Assembly: GCA_964057225.1 (NCBI GenBank)
Contig: OZ059894.1
Location: 1,984,001-2,048,000 of the forward strand
Reading direction: 5' to 3'
Origin: Auanema rhodensis
Lineage: Eukaryota > Animalia > Nematoda
Length of the DNA stretch: 64,000 nt
Made by a program: the position numbers and the translations under genes. Position 1 is the first letter of the stretch; every line of letters starts with the position of its first letter. The notes under the pieces are model-generated. The model was not told the DNA's origin and made no database searches. It saw only the letters and a program-made list of their open reading frames with translations. Positions 10,181 through 25,100 of this stretch are shown here, piece by piece.

Positions 10181-13100
10181 TGCACTATACTACATTGAGG
10201 AACGCTTAATACAAAAATTAGTTATGATCGTTTGAAAAATGATGCATTAGTGTATGTTGAGTTTCCATGTACACTCAACATAGCTTCCAAAAACATTTTG
10301 ACAAAAATTTTTTCGAAAAATTTCAAAATAATTTAGCAGAAAGTAGATGTTTTTAGATTCCTTTTTTTAAGGCAAAGACGATGGACAATGTTATTCAACG
10401 GAAAAATTAATTCTTCAGGGTGAAAATCGAAGATATAAGTGTTAACTTATATCAGTTGATATCTCGGTGCATTTTTAAGCTAGCGCAAATTTGATAACAC
10501 AGATCGACGCAGCTTGAAAATCCGCATCGAATGCACTATACTACATTGAGGAACGCTTAATACAAAAATTAGTTATGATCGTTTGAAAAATGATGCATTA
10601 GTGTATGTTGAGTTTCCATGTACACTCAACATAGCTTCCAAAAACATTTTGACAAAAATTTTTTCGAAAAATTTCAAAATAATTTAGCAGAAAGTAGATG
10701 TTTTTAGATTCCTTTTTTTAAGGCAAAGACGATGGACAATGTTATTCAACGAAAAAATTAATTCTTCAGGGTGAAAATCGAGGATATAAGTGTGAACTTA
10801 TATCAGTTGATATCTCGGTGCATTTTTAAGCTAGCGCAAATCTGATAACACAGATCGACGCAGCTTGAAAATCCGCATCGAATGCACTATACTACATTGA
10901 GGAACGCTTAATACAAAAATTAGTTATGATCGTTTGAAAAATGATGCATTAGTGTATGTTGAGTTTCCATGTACACTCAACATAGCTTCCAAAAACATTT
11001 TGACAAAAATTTTTTCGAAAAATTTCAAAATAATTTAGCAGAAAGTAGATGTTTTTAGATTCCTTTTTTTAAGGCAAAGACGATGGACAATGTTATTCAA
11101 CGGAAAAATTAATTCTTCAGGGTGAAAATCGAGGATATAAGTGTTAACTTATATCAGTTGATATCTCGGTGCATTTTTAAGCTAGCGCAAATCTGATAAC
11201 ACAGATCGACGCAGCTTGAAAATCCGCATTGAATGCACTATACTTCATTGAAGAACGCTTAATACAAAAATTAGTTATGATCGTTTGAAAAATGATGCAT
11301 TAGTGTATGTTGAGTTTCCATGTACACTCAACATAGCTTCCAAAAACATTTTGACAAAAATTTTTTCGAAAAATTTCAAAATAATTTAGCAGAAAGTAGA
11401 TGTTTTTAGATTCCTTTTTTTAAGGCAAAGACGATGGACAATGTTATTCAACGAAAAAATTAATTCTTCAGGGTGAAAATCGAGGATATAAGTGTGAACT
11501 TATATCAGTTGATATCTCGGTGCATTTTTAAGCTAGCGCAAATCTGATAACACAGATCGACGCAGCTTGAAAATCCGCATCGAATGCACTATACTACATT
11601 GAGGAACGCTTAATACAAAAATTAGTTATGATCGTTTGAAAAATGATGCATTAGTGTATGTTGAGTTTCCATGTACACTCAACATAGCTTCCAAAAACAT
11701 TTTGACAAAAATTTTTTCGAAAAATTTCAAAATAATTTAGCAGAAAGTAGATGTTTTTAGATTCCTTTTTTTAAGGCAAAGACGATGGACAATGTTATTC
11801 AACGGAAAAATTAATTCTTCAGGGTGAAAATCGAAGATATAAGTGTTAACTTATATCAGTTGATATCTCGGTGCATTTTTAAGCTAGCGCAAATTTGATA
11901 ACACAGATCGACGCAGCTTGAAAATCCGCATCGAATGCACTATACTACATTGAGGAACGCTTAATACAAAAATTAGTTATGATCGTTTGAAAAATGATGC
12001 ATTAGTGTATGTTGAGTTTCCATGTACACTCAACATAGCTTCCAAAAACATTTTGACAAAAATTTTTTCGAAAAATTTCAAAATAATTTAGCAGAAAGTA
12101 GATGTTTTTAGATTCCTTTTTTTAAGGCAAAGACGATGGACAATGTTATTCAACGAAAAAATTAATTCTTCAGGGTGAAAATCGAGGATATAAGTGTGAA
12201 CTTATATCAGTTGATATCTCGGTGCATTTTTAAGCTAGCGCAAATCTGATAACACAGATCGACGCAGCTTGAAAATCCGCATCGAATGCACTATACTACA
12301 TTGAGGAACGCTTAATACAAAAATTAGTTATGATCGTTTGAAGAATGATGCATTAGTGTATGTTGAGTTTCCATGTACACTCAACATAGCTTCCAAAAAC
12401 ATTTTGACAAAAATTTTTTCGAAAAATTTCAAAATAATTTAGCAGAAAGTAGATGTTTTTAGATTCCTTTTTTTAAGGCAAAGACGATGGACAATGTTAT
12501 TCAACGGAAAAATTAATTCTTCAGGGTGAAAATCGAGGATATAAGTGTTAACTTATATCAGTTGATATCTCGGTGCATTTTTAAGCTAGCGCAAATCTGA
12601 TAACACAGATCGACGCAGCTTGAAAATCCGCATTGAATGCACTATACTTCATTGAAGAACGCTTAATACAAAAATTAGTTATGATCGTTTGAAAAATGAT
12701 GCATTAGTGTATGTTGAGTTTCCATGTACACTCAACATAGCTTCCAAAAACATTTTGACAAAAATTTTTTCGAAAAATTTCAAAATAATTTAGCAGAAAG
12801 TAGATGTTTTTAGATTCCTTTTTTTAAGGCAAAGACGATGGACAATGTTATTCAACGAAAAAATTAATTCTTCAGGGTGAAAATCGAGGATATAAGTGTG
12901 AACTTATATCAGTTGATATCTCGGTGCATTTTTAAGCTAGCGCAAATCTGATAACACAGATCGACGCAGCTTGAAAATCCGCATCGAATGCACTATACTA
13001 CATTGAGAAACGCTTAATACAAAAATTAGTTATGATCGTTTGAAAAATGATGCATTAGTGTATGTTGAGTTTCCATGTACACTCAACATAGCTTCCAAAA

Positions 13101-16100
13101 ACATTTTGACAAAAATTTTTTCGAAAAATTTCAAAATAATTTAGCAGAAAGTAGATGTTTTTAGATTTCTTTTTTTAAGGCAAAGACGATGGACAATGTT
13201 ATTCAACGGAAAAATTAATTCTTCAGGGTGAAAATCGAGGATATAAGTGTTAACTTATATCAGTTGATATCTCGGTGCATTTTTAAGCTAGCGCAAATTT
13301 GATAACACAGATCGACGCAGCTTGAAAATCCGCATCGAATGCACTATACTACATTGAGGAACGCTTAATACAAAAATTAGTTATGATCGTTTGAAAAATG
13401 ATGCATTAGTGTATGTTGAGTTTCCATGTACACTCAACATAGCTTCCAAAAACATTTTGACAAAAATTTTTTCGAAAAATTTCAAAATAATTTAGCAGAA
13501 AGTAGATGTTTTTAGATTCCTTTTTTTAAGGCAAAGACGATGGACAATGTTATTCAACGGAAAAATTAATTCTTCAGGGTGAAAATCGAAGATATAAGTG
13601 TTAACTTATATCAGTTGATATCTCGGTGCATTTTTAAGCTAGCGCAAATTTGATAACACAGATCGACGCAGCTTGAAAATCCGCATCGAATGCACTATAC
13701 TACATTGAGGAACGCTTAATACAAAAATTAGTTATGATCGTTTGAAAAATGATGCATTAGTGTATGTTGAGTTTCCATGTACACTCAACATAGCTTCCAA
13801 AAACATTTTGACAAAAATTTTTTCGAAAAATTTCAAAATAATTTAGCAGAAAGTAGATGTTTTTAGATTCCTTTTTTTAAGGCAAAGACGATGGACAATG
13901 TTATTCAACGAAAAAATTAATTCTTCAGGGTGAAAATCGAGGATATAAGTGTGAACTTATATCAGTTGATATCTCGGTGCATTTTTAAGCTAGCGCAAAT
14001 CTGATAACACAGATCGACGCAGCTTGAAAATCCGCATCGAATGCACTATACTACATTGAGGAACGCTTAATACAAAAATTAGTTATGATCGTTTGAAAAA
14101 TGATGCATTAGTGTATGTTGAGTTTCCATGTACACTCAACATAGCTTCCAAAAACATTTTGACAAAAATTTTTTCGAAAAATTTCAAAATAATTTAGCAG
14201 AAAGTAGATGTTTTTAGATTCCTTTTTTTAAGGCAAAGACGATGGACAATGTTATTCAACGAAAAAATTAATTCTTCAGGGTGAAAATCGAGGATATAAG
14301 TGTGAACTTATATCAGTTGATATCTCGGTGCATTTTTAAGCTAGCGCAAATCTGATAACACAGATCGACGCAGCTTGAAAATCCGCATCGAATGCACTAT
14401 ACTACATTGAGGAACGCTTAATACAAAAATTAGTTATGATCGTTTGAAAAATGATGCATTAGTGTATGTTGAGTTTCCATGTACACTCAACATAGCTTCC
14501 AAAAACATTTTGACAAAAATTTTTTCGAAAAATTTCAAAATAATTTAGCAGAAAGTAGATGTTTTTAGATTCCTTTTTTTAAGGCAAAGACGATGGACAA
14601 TGTTATTCAACGGAAAAATTAATTCTTCAGGGTGAAAATCGAGGATATAAGTGTTAACTTATATCAGTTGATATCTCGGTGCATTTTTAAGCTAGCGCAA
14701 ATCTGATAACACAGATCGACGCAGCTTGAAAATCCGCATTGAATGCACTATACTTCATTGAAGAACGCTTAATACAAAAATTAGTTATGATCGTTTGAAA
14801 AATGATGCATTAGTGTATGTTGAGTTTCCATGTACACTCAACATAGCTTCCAAAAACATTTTGACAAAAATTTTTTCGAAAAATTTCAAAATAATTTAGC
14901 AGAAAGTAGATGTTTTTAGATTCCTTTTTTTAAGGCAAAGACGATGGACAATGTTATTCAACGAAAAAATTAATTCTTCAGGGTGAAAATCGAGGATATA
15001 AGTGTGAACTTATATCAGTTGATATCTCGGTGCATTTTTAAGCTAGCGCAAATCTGATAACACAGATCGACGCAGCTTGAAAATCCGCATCGAATGCACT
15101 ATACTACATTGAGAAACGCTTAATACAAAAATTAGTTATGATCGTTTGAAAAATGATGCATTAGTGTATGTTGAGTTTCCATGTACACTCAACATAGCTT
15201 CCAAAAACATTTTGACAAAAATTTTTTCGAAAAATTTCAAAATAATTTAGCAGAAAGTAGATGTTTTTAGATTCCTTTTTTTAAGGCAAAGACGATGGAC
15301 AATGTTATTCAACGGAAAAATTAATTCTTCAGGGTGAAAATCGAGGATATAAGTGTTAACTTATATCAGTTGATATCTCGGTGCATTTTTAAGCTAGCGC
15401 AAATTTGATAACACAGATCGACGCAGCTTGAAAATCCGCATCGAATGCACTATACTACATTGAGGAACGCTTAATACAAAAATTAGTTATGATCGTTTGA
15501 AAAATGATGCATTAGTGTATGTTGAGTTTCCATGTACACTCAACATAGCTTCCAAAAACATTTTGACAAAAATTTTTTCGAAAAATTTCAAAATAATTTA
15601 GCAGAAAGTAGATGTTTTTAGATTCCTTTTTTTAAGGCAAAGACGATGGACAATGTTATTCAACGGAAAAATTAATTCTTCAGGGTGAAAATCGAAGATA
15701 TAAGTGTTAACTTATATCAGTTGATATCTCGGTGCATTTTTAAGCTAGCGCAAATTTGATAACACAGATCGACGCAGCTTGAAAATCCGCATCGAATGCA
15801 CTATACTACATTGAGGAACGCTTAATACAAAAATTAGTTATGATCGTTTGAAAAATGATGCATTAGTGTATGTTGAGTTTCCATGTACACTCAACATAGC
15901 TTCCAAAAACATTTTGACAAAAATTTTTTCGAAAAATTTCAAAATAATTTAGCAGAAAGTAGATGTTTTTAGATTCCTTTTTTTAAGGCAAAGACGATGG
16001 ACAATGTTATTCAACGAAAAAATTAATTCTTCAGGGTGAAAATCGAGGATATAAGTGTGAACTTATATCAGTTGATATCTCGGTGCATTTTTAAGCTAGC

Positions 16101-16147
16101 GCAAATCTGATAACACAGATCGACGCAGCTTGAAAATCCGCATCGAA
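10181..16147 (+). repeat. Overlapping 4-mer (copies 30-33 ~ 34-37) and 6-mer (copies 35-40 ~ 41-46) duplications
   Basis: The linked marker GCATTGAATGCACTATACTTCATTGAAG falls at the starts of copies 33, 37 and 43 (spacings 1404 and 2106 bp), and the flanking 221G/251A/263T/311T haplotypes recur in the same order. Confidence 0.75.
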
Positions 16148-19100
16148 TGCACTATACTACATTGAGGAACGCTTAATACAAAAATTAGTTATGATCGTTT
16201 GAAAAAAGATGCATTAGTGTATGTTGAGTTTCCATGTACACTCAACATAGCTTCCAAAAACATTTTGACAAAAATTTTTTCGAAAAATTTCAAAATAATT
16301 TAGCAGAAAGTAGATGTTTTTAGATTCCTTTTTTTAAGGCAAAGACGATGGACAATGTTATTCAACGGAAAAATTAATTCTTCAGGGTGAAAATCGAGGA
16401 TATAAGTGTTAACTTATATCAGTTGATATCTCGGTGCATTTTTAAGCTAGCGCAAATTTGATAACACAGATCGACGCAGCTTGAAAATCCGCATCGAATG
16501 CACTATACTACATTGAGGAACGCTTAATACAAAAATTAGTTATGATCGTTTGAAAAATGATGCATTAGTGTATGTTGAGTTTCCATGTACACTCAACATA
16601 GCTTCCAAAAACATTTTGACAAAAATTTTTTCGAAAAATTTCAAAATAATTTAGCAGAAAGTAGATGTTTTTAGATTCCTTTTTTTAAGGCAAAGACGAT
16701 GGACAATGTTATTCAACGAAAAAATTAATTCTTCAGGGTGAAAATCGAGGATATAAGTGTGAACTTATATCAGTTGATATCTCGGTGCATTTTTAAGCTA
16801 GCGCAAATCTGATAACACAGATCGACGCAGCTTGAAAATCCGCATCGAATGCACTATACTACATTGAGGAACGCTTAATACAAAAATTAGTTATGATCGT
16901 TTGAAAAATGATGCATTAGTGTATGTTGAGTTTCCATGTACACTCAACATAGCTTCCAAAAACATTTTGACAAAAATTTTTTCGAAAAATTTCAAAATAA
17001 TTTAGCAGAAAGTAGATGTTTTTAGATTCCTTTTTTTAAGGCAAAGACGATGGACAATGTTATTCAACGGAAAAATTAATTCTTCAGGGTGAAAATCGAG
17101 GATATAAGTGTTAACTTATATCAGTTGATATCTCGGTGCATTTTTAAGCTAGCGCAAATTTGATAACACAGATCGACGCAGCTTGAAAATCCGCATCGAA
17201 TGCACTATACTACATTGAGGAACGCTTAATACAAAAATTAGTTATGATCGTTTGAAAAATGATGCATTAGTGTATGTTGAGTTTCCATGTACACTCAACA
17301 TAGCTTCCAAAAACATTTTGACAAAAATTTTTTCGAAAAATTTCAAAATAATTTAGCAGAAAGTAGATGTTTTTAGATTCCTTTTTTTAAGGCAAAGACG
17401 ATGGACAATGTCATTCAACGGAAAAATTAATTCTTCAGGGTGAAAATCGAGGATATAAGTGTTAACTTATATCAGTTGATATCTCGGTGCATTTTTAAGC
17501 TAGCGCAAATTTGATAACACAGATCGACGCAGCTTGAAAATCCGCATCGAATGCACTATACTACATTGAGGAACGCTTAATACAAAAATTAGTTATGATC
17601 GTTTGAAAAATGATGCATTAGTGTATGTTGAGTTTCCATGTACACTCAACATAGCTTCCAAAAACATTTTGACAAAAATTTTTTCGAAAAATTTCAAAAT
17701 AATTTAGCAGAAAGTAGATGTTTTTAGATTCCTTTTTTTAAGGCAAAGACGATGGACAATGTTATTCAACGGAAAAATTAATTCTTCAGGGTGAAAATCG
17801 AAGATATAAGTGTTAACTTATATCAGTTGATATCTCGGTGCATTTTTAAGCTAGCGCAAATTTGATAACACAGATCGACGCAGCTTGAAAATCCGCATCG
17901 AATGCACTATACTACATTGAGGAACGCTTAATACAAAAATTAGTTATGATCGTTTGAAAAATGATGCATTAGTGTATGTTGAGTTTCCATGTACACTCAA
18001 CATAGCTTCCAAAAACATTTTGACAAAAATTTTTTCGAAAAATTTCAAAATAATTTAGCAGAAAGTAGATGTTTTTAGATTCCTTTTTTTAAGGCAAAGA
18101 CGATGGACAATGTTATTCAACGAAAAAATTAATTCTTCAGGGTGAAAATCGAGGATATAAGTGTGAACTTATATCAGTTGATATCTCGGTGCATTTTTAA
18201 GCTAGCGCAAATCTGATAACACAGATCGACGCAGCTTGAAAATCCGCATCGAATGCACTATACTACATTGAGGAACGCTTAATACAAAAATTAGTTATGA
18301 TCGTTTGAAAAATGATGCATTAGTGTATGTTGAGTTTCCATGTACACTCAACATAGCTTCCAAAAACATTTTGACAAAAATTTTTTCGAAAAATTTCAAA
18401 ATAATTTAGCAGAAAGTAGATGTTTTTAGATTCCTTTTTTTAAGGCAAAGACGATGGACAATGTTATTCAACGGAAAAATTAATTCTTCAGGGTGAAAAT
18501 CGAGGATATAAGTGTTAACTTATATCAGTTGATATCTCGGTGCATTTTTAAGCTAGCGCAAATTTGATAACACAGATCGACGCAGCTTGAAAATCCGCAT
18601 CGAATGCACTATACTACATTGAGGAACGCTTAATACAAAAATTAGTTATGATCGTTTGAAAAATGATGCATTAGTGTATGTTGAGTTTCCATGTACACTC
18701 AACATAGCTTCCAAAAACATTTTGACAAAAATTTTTTCGAAAAATTTCAAAATAATTTAGCAGAAAGTAGATGTTTTTAGATTCCTTTTTTTAAGGCAAA
18801 GACGATGGACAATGTTATTCAACGAAAAAATTAATTCTTCAGGGTGAAAATCGAGGATATAAGTGTGAACTTATATCAGTTGATATCTCGGTGCATTTTT
18901 AAGCTAGCGCAAATCTGATAACACAGATCGACGCAGCTTGAAAATCCGCATCGAATGCACTATACTACATTGAGGAACGCTTAATACAAAAATTAGTTAT
19001 GATCGTTTGAAAAATGATGCATTAGTGTATGTTGAGTTTCCATGTACACTCAACATAGCTTCCAAAAACATTTTGACAAAAATTTTTTCGAAAAATTTCA

Positions 19101-22100
19101 AAATAATTTAGCAGAAAGTAGATGTTTTTAGATTCCTTTTTTTAAGGCAAAGACGATGGACAATGTTATTCAACGGAAAAATTAATTCTTCAGGGTGAAA
19201 ATCGAAGATATAAGTGTTAACTTATATCAGTTGATATCTCGGTGCATTTTTAAGCTAGCGCAAATTTGATAACACAGATCGACGCAGCTTGAAAATCCGC
19301 ATCGAATGCACTATACTACATTGAGGAACGCTTAATACAAAAATTAGTTATGATCGTTTGAAAAATGATGCATTAGTGTATGTTGAGTTTCCATGTACAC
19401 TCAACATAGCTTCCAAAAACATTTTGACAAAAATTTTTTCGAAAAATTTCAAAATAATTTAGCAGAAAGTAGATGTTTTTAGATTCCTTTTTTTAAGGCA
19501 AAGACGATGGACAATGTTATTCAACGAAAAAATTAATTCTTCAGGGTGAAAATCGAGGATATAAGTGTGAACTTATATCAGTTGATATCTCGGTGCATTT
19601 TTAAGCTAGCGCAAATCTGATAACACAGATCGACGCAGCTTGAAAATCCGCAACGAATGCACTAAACTACTTTGAGAAACGCTTAATACAAAAATTAGTT
19701 ATGATCGTTTGAAAAATGATGCATTAGTGTATGTTGAGTTTCCATGTACACTCAACATAGCTTCCAAAAACATTTTGACAAAATTTTTTTCGAAAAATTT
19801 CAAAATAATTTAGCAGAAAGTAGATGTTTTTAGATTCCTTTTTTTAAGGCAAAGACGACGGACAATGTTATTCAACGAAAAAATTAATTCTTCAGGGTGA
19901 AAATCGAGGATATAAGTGTGAACTTATATCAGTTGATATCTCGGTGCATTTTTAAGCTAGCGCAAATCTGATAACACAGATCGACGCAGCTTGAGAATCC
20001 GCATCGAATGCACTATACTACATTGAGGAACGCTTAATACAAAAATTAGTTATGATCGTTTGAAAAATGATGCATTAGTGTATGTTGAGTTTCCATGTAC
20101 ACTCAACATAGCTTCCAAAAACATTTTGACAAAAATTTTTTCGAAAAATTTCAAAATAATTTAGCAGAAAGTAGATGTTTTTAGATTCCTTTTTTTAAGG
20201 CAAAGACGATGGACAATGTTATTCAACGAAAAAATTAATTCTTCAGGGTGAAAATCGAGGATATAAGTGTGAACTTATATCAGTTGATATCTCGGTGCAT
20301 TTTTAAGCTAGCGCAAATCTGATAACACAGATCGACGCAGCTTGAGAATCCGCATCGAATGCACTATACTACATTGAGGAACGCTTAATACAAAAATTAG
20401 TTATGATCGTTTGAAAAATGATGCATTAGTGTATGTTGAGTTTCCATGTACACTCAACATAGCTTCCAAAAACATTTTGACAAAAATTTTTTCGAAAAAT
20501 TTCAAAATAATTTAGCAGAAAGTAGATGTTTTTAGATTCCTTTTTTTAAGGCAAAGACGATGGACAATGTTATTCAACGAAAAAATTAATTCTTCAGGGT
20601 GAAAATCGAGGATATAAGTGTGAACTTATATCAGTTGATATCTCGGTGCATTTTTAAGCTAGCGCAAATCTGATAACACAGATCGACGCAGCTTGAAAAT
20701 CCGCATCGAATGCACTATACTACATTGAGGAACGCTTAATACAAAAATTAGTTATGATCGTTTGAAAAATGATGCATTAGTGTATGTTGAGTTTCCATGT
20801 ACACTCAACATAGCTTCCAAAAACATTTTGACAAAAATTTTTTCGAAAAATTTCAAAATAATTTAGCAGAAAGTAGATGTTTTTAGATTCCTTTTTTTAA
20901 GGCAAAGACGATGGACAATGTTATTCAACGGAAAAATTAATTCTTCAGGGTGAAAATCGAAGATATAAGTGTTAACTTATATCAGTTGATATCTCGGTGC
21001 ATTTTTAAGCTAGCGCAAATTTGATAACACAGATCGACGCAGCTTGAAAATCCGCATCGAATGCACTATACTACATTGAGGAACGCTTAATACAAAAATT
21101 AGTTATGATCGTTTGAAAAATGATGCATTAGTGTATGTTGAGTTTCCATGTACACTCAACATAGCTTCCAAAAACATTTTGACAAAAATTTTTTCGAAAA
21201 ATTTCAAAATAATTTAGCAGAAAGTAGATGTTTTTAGATTCCTTTTTTTAAGGCAAAGACGATGGACAATGTTATTCAACGGAAAAATTAATTCTTCAGG
21301 GTGAAAATCGAAGATATAAGTGTTAACTTATATCAGTTGATATCTCGGTGCATTTTTAAGCTAGCGCAAATTTGATAACACAGATCGACGCAGCTTGAAA
21401 ATCCGCATCGAATGCACTATACTACATTGAGGAACGCTTAATACAAAAATTAGTTATGATCGTTTGAAAAATGATGCATTAGTGTATGTTGAGTTTCCAT
21501 GTACACTCAACATAGCTTCCAAAAACATTTTGACAAAAATTTTTTCGAAAAATTTCAAAATAATTTAGCAGAAAGTAGATGTTTTTAGATTCCTTTTTTT
21601 AAGGCAAAGACGATGGACAATGTTATTCAACGAAAAAATTAATTCTTCAGGGTGAAAATCGAGGATATAAGTGTGAACTTATATCAGTTGATATCTCGGT
21701 GCATTTTTAAGCTAGCGCAAATCTGATAACACAGATCGACGCAGCTTGAAAATCCGCAACGAATGCACTAAACTACTTTGAGAAACGCTTAATACAAAAA
21801 TTAGTTATGATCGTTTGAAAAATGATGCATTAGTGTATGTTGAGTTTCCATGTACACTCAACATAGCTTCCAAAAACATTTTGACAAAATTTTTTTCGAA
21901 AAATTTCAAAATAATTTAGCAGAAAGTAGATGTTTTTAGATTCCTTTTTTTAAGGCAAAGACGACGGACAATGTTATTCAACGAAAAAATTAATTCTTCA
22001 GGGTGAAAATCGAGGATATAAGTGTGAACTTATATCAGTTGATATCTCGGTGCATTTTTAAGCTAGCGCAAATCTGATAACACAGATCGACGCAGCTTGA

Positions 22101-25100
22101 GAATCCGCATCGAATGCACTATACTACATTGAGGAACGCTTAATACAAAAATTAGTTATGATCGTTTGAAAAATGATGCATTAGTGTATGTTGAGTTTCC
22201 ATGTACACTCAACATAGCTTCCAAAAACATTTTGACAAAAATTTTTTCGAAAAATTTCAAAATAATTTAGCAGAAAGTAGATGTTTTTAGATTCCTTTTT
22301 TTAAGGCAAAGACGATGGACAATGTTATTCAACGAAAAAATTAATTCTTCAGGGTGAAAATCGAGGATATAAGTGTGAACTTATATCAGTTGATATCTCG
22401 GTGCATTTTTAAGCTAGCGCAAATCTGATAACACAGATCGACGCAGCTTGAGAATCCGCATCGAATGCACTATACTACATTGAGGAACGCTTAATACAAA
22501 AATTAGTTATGATCGTTTGAAAAATGATGCATTAGTGTATGTTGAGTTTCCATGTACACTCAACATAGCTTCCAAAAACATTTTGACAAAAATTTTTTCG
22601 AAAAATTTCAAAATAATTTAGCAGAAAGTAGATGTTTTTAGATTCCTTTTTTTAAGGCAAAGACGATGGACAATGTTATTCAACGAAAAAATTAATTCTT
22701 CAGGGTGAAAATCGAGGATATAAGTGTGAACTTATATCAGTTGATATCTCGGTGCATTTTTAAGCTAGCGCAAATCTGATAACACAGATCGACGCAGCTT
22801 GAGAATCCGCATCGAATGCACTATACTACATTGAGGAACGCTTAATACAAAAATTAGTTATGATCGTTTGAAAAATGATGCATTAGTGTATGTTGAGTTT
22901 CCATGTACACTCAACATAGCTTCCAAAAACATTTTGACAAAAATTTTTTCGAAAAATTTCAAAATAATTTAGCAGAAAGTAGATGTTTTTAGATTCCTTT
23001 TTTTAAGGCAAAGACGATGGACAATGTTATTCAACGAAAAAATTAATTCTTCAGGGTGAAAATCGAGGATATAAGTGTGAACTTATATCAGTTGATATCT
23101 CGGTGCATTTTTAAGCTAGCGCAAATCTGATAACACAGATCGACGCAGCTTGAGAATCCGCATCGAATGCACTATACTACATTGAGGAACGCTTAATACA
23201 AAAATTAGTTATGATCGTTTGAAAAATGATGCATTAGTGTATGTTGAGTTTCCATGTACACTCAACATAGCTTCCAAAAACATTTTGACAAAAATTTTTT
23301 CGAAAAATTTCAAAATAATTTAGCAGAAAGTAGATGTTTTTAGATTCCTTTTTTTAAGGCAAAGACGATGGACAATGTTATTCAACGAAAAAATTAATTC
23401 TTCAGGGTGAAAATCGAGGATATAAGTGTGAACTTATATCAGTTGATATCTCGGTGCATTTTTAAGCTAGCGCAAATCTGATAACACAGATCGACGCAGC
23501 TTGAAAATCCGCATCGAATGCACTATACTACATTGAGGAACGCTTAATACAAAAATTAGTTATGATCGTTTGAAAAATGATGCATTAGTGTATGTTGAGT
23601 TTCCATGTACACTCAACATAGCTTCCAAAAACATTTTGACAAAAATTTTTTCGAAAAATTTCAAAATAATTTAGCAGAAAGTAGATGTTTTTAGATTCCT
23701 TTTTTTAAGGCAAAGACGATGGACAATGTTATTCAACGGAAAAATTAATTCTTCAGGGTGAAAATCGAAGATATAAGTGTTAACTTATATCAGTTGATAT
23801 CTCGGTGCATTTTTAAGCTAGCGCAAATTTGATAACACAGATCGACGCAGCTTGAAAATCCGCATCGAATGCACTATACTACATTGAGGAACGCTTAATA
23901 CAAAAATTAGTTATGATCGTTTGAAAAATGATGCATTAGTGTATGTTGAGTTTCCATGTACACTCAACATAGCTTCCAAAAACATTTTGACAAAAATTTT
24001 TTCGAAAAATTTCAAAATAATTTAGCAGAAAGTAGATGTTTTTAGATTCCTTTTTTTAAGGCAAAGACGATGGACAATGTTATTCAACGAAAAAATTAAT
24101 TCTTCAGGGTGAAAATCGAGGATATAAGTGTGAACTTATATCAGTTGATATCTCGGTGCATTTTTAAGCTAGCGCAAATCTGATAACACAGATCGACGCA
24201 GCTTGAAAATCCGCATCGAATGCACTATACTACATTGAGGAACGCTTAATACAAAAATTAGTTATGATCGTTTGAAAAATGATGCATTAGTGTATGTTGA
24301 GTTTCCATGTACACTCAACATAGCTTCCAAAAACATTTTGACAAAAATTTTTTCGAAAAATTTCAAAATAATTTAGCAGAAAGTAGATGTTTTTAGATTC
24401 CTTTTTTTAAGGCAAAGACGATGGACAATGTTATTCAACGAAAAAATTAATTCTTCAGGGTGAAAATCGAGGATATAAGTGTGAACTTATATCAGTTGAT
24501 ATCTCGGTGCATTTTTAAGCTAGCGCAAATCTGATAACACAGATCGACGCAGCTTGAAAATCCGCAACGAATGCACTATACTACTTTGAGAAACGCTTAA
24601 TACAAAAATTAGTTATGATCGTTTGAAAAATGATGCATTAGTGTATGTTGAGTTTCCATGTACACTCAACATAGCTTCCAAAAACATTTTGACAAAATTT
24701 TTTTCGAAAAATTTCAAAATAATTTAGCAGAAAGTAGATGTTTTTAGATTCCTTTTTTTAAGGCAAAGACGACGGACAATGTTATTCAACGAAAAAATTA
24801 ATTCTTCAGGGTGAAAATCGAGGATATAAGTGTGAACTTATATCAGTTGATATCTCGGTGCATTTTTAAGCTAGCGCAAATCTGATAACACAGATCGACG
24901 CAGCTTGAGAATCCGCATCGAATGCACTATACTACATTGAGGAACGCTTAATACAAAAATTAGTTATGATCGTTTGAAAAATGATGCATTAGTGTATGTT
25001 GAGTTTCCATGTACACTCAACATAGCTTCCAAAAACATTTTGACAAAAATTTTTTCGAAAAATTTCAAAATAATTTAGCAGAAAGTAGATGTTTTTAGAT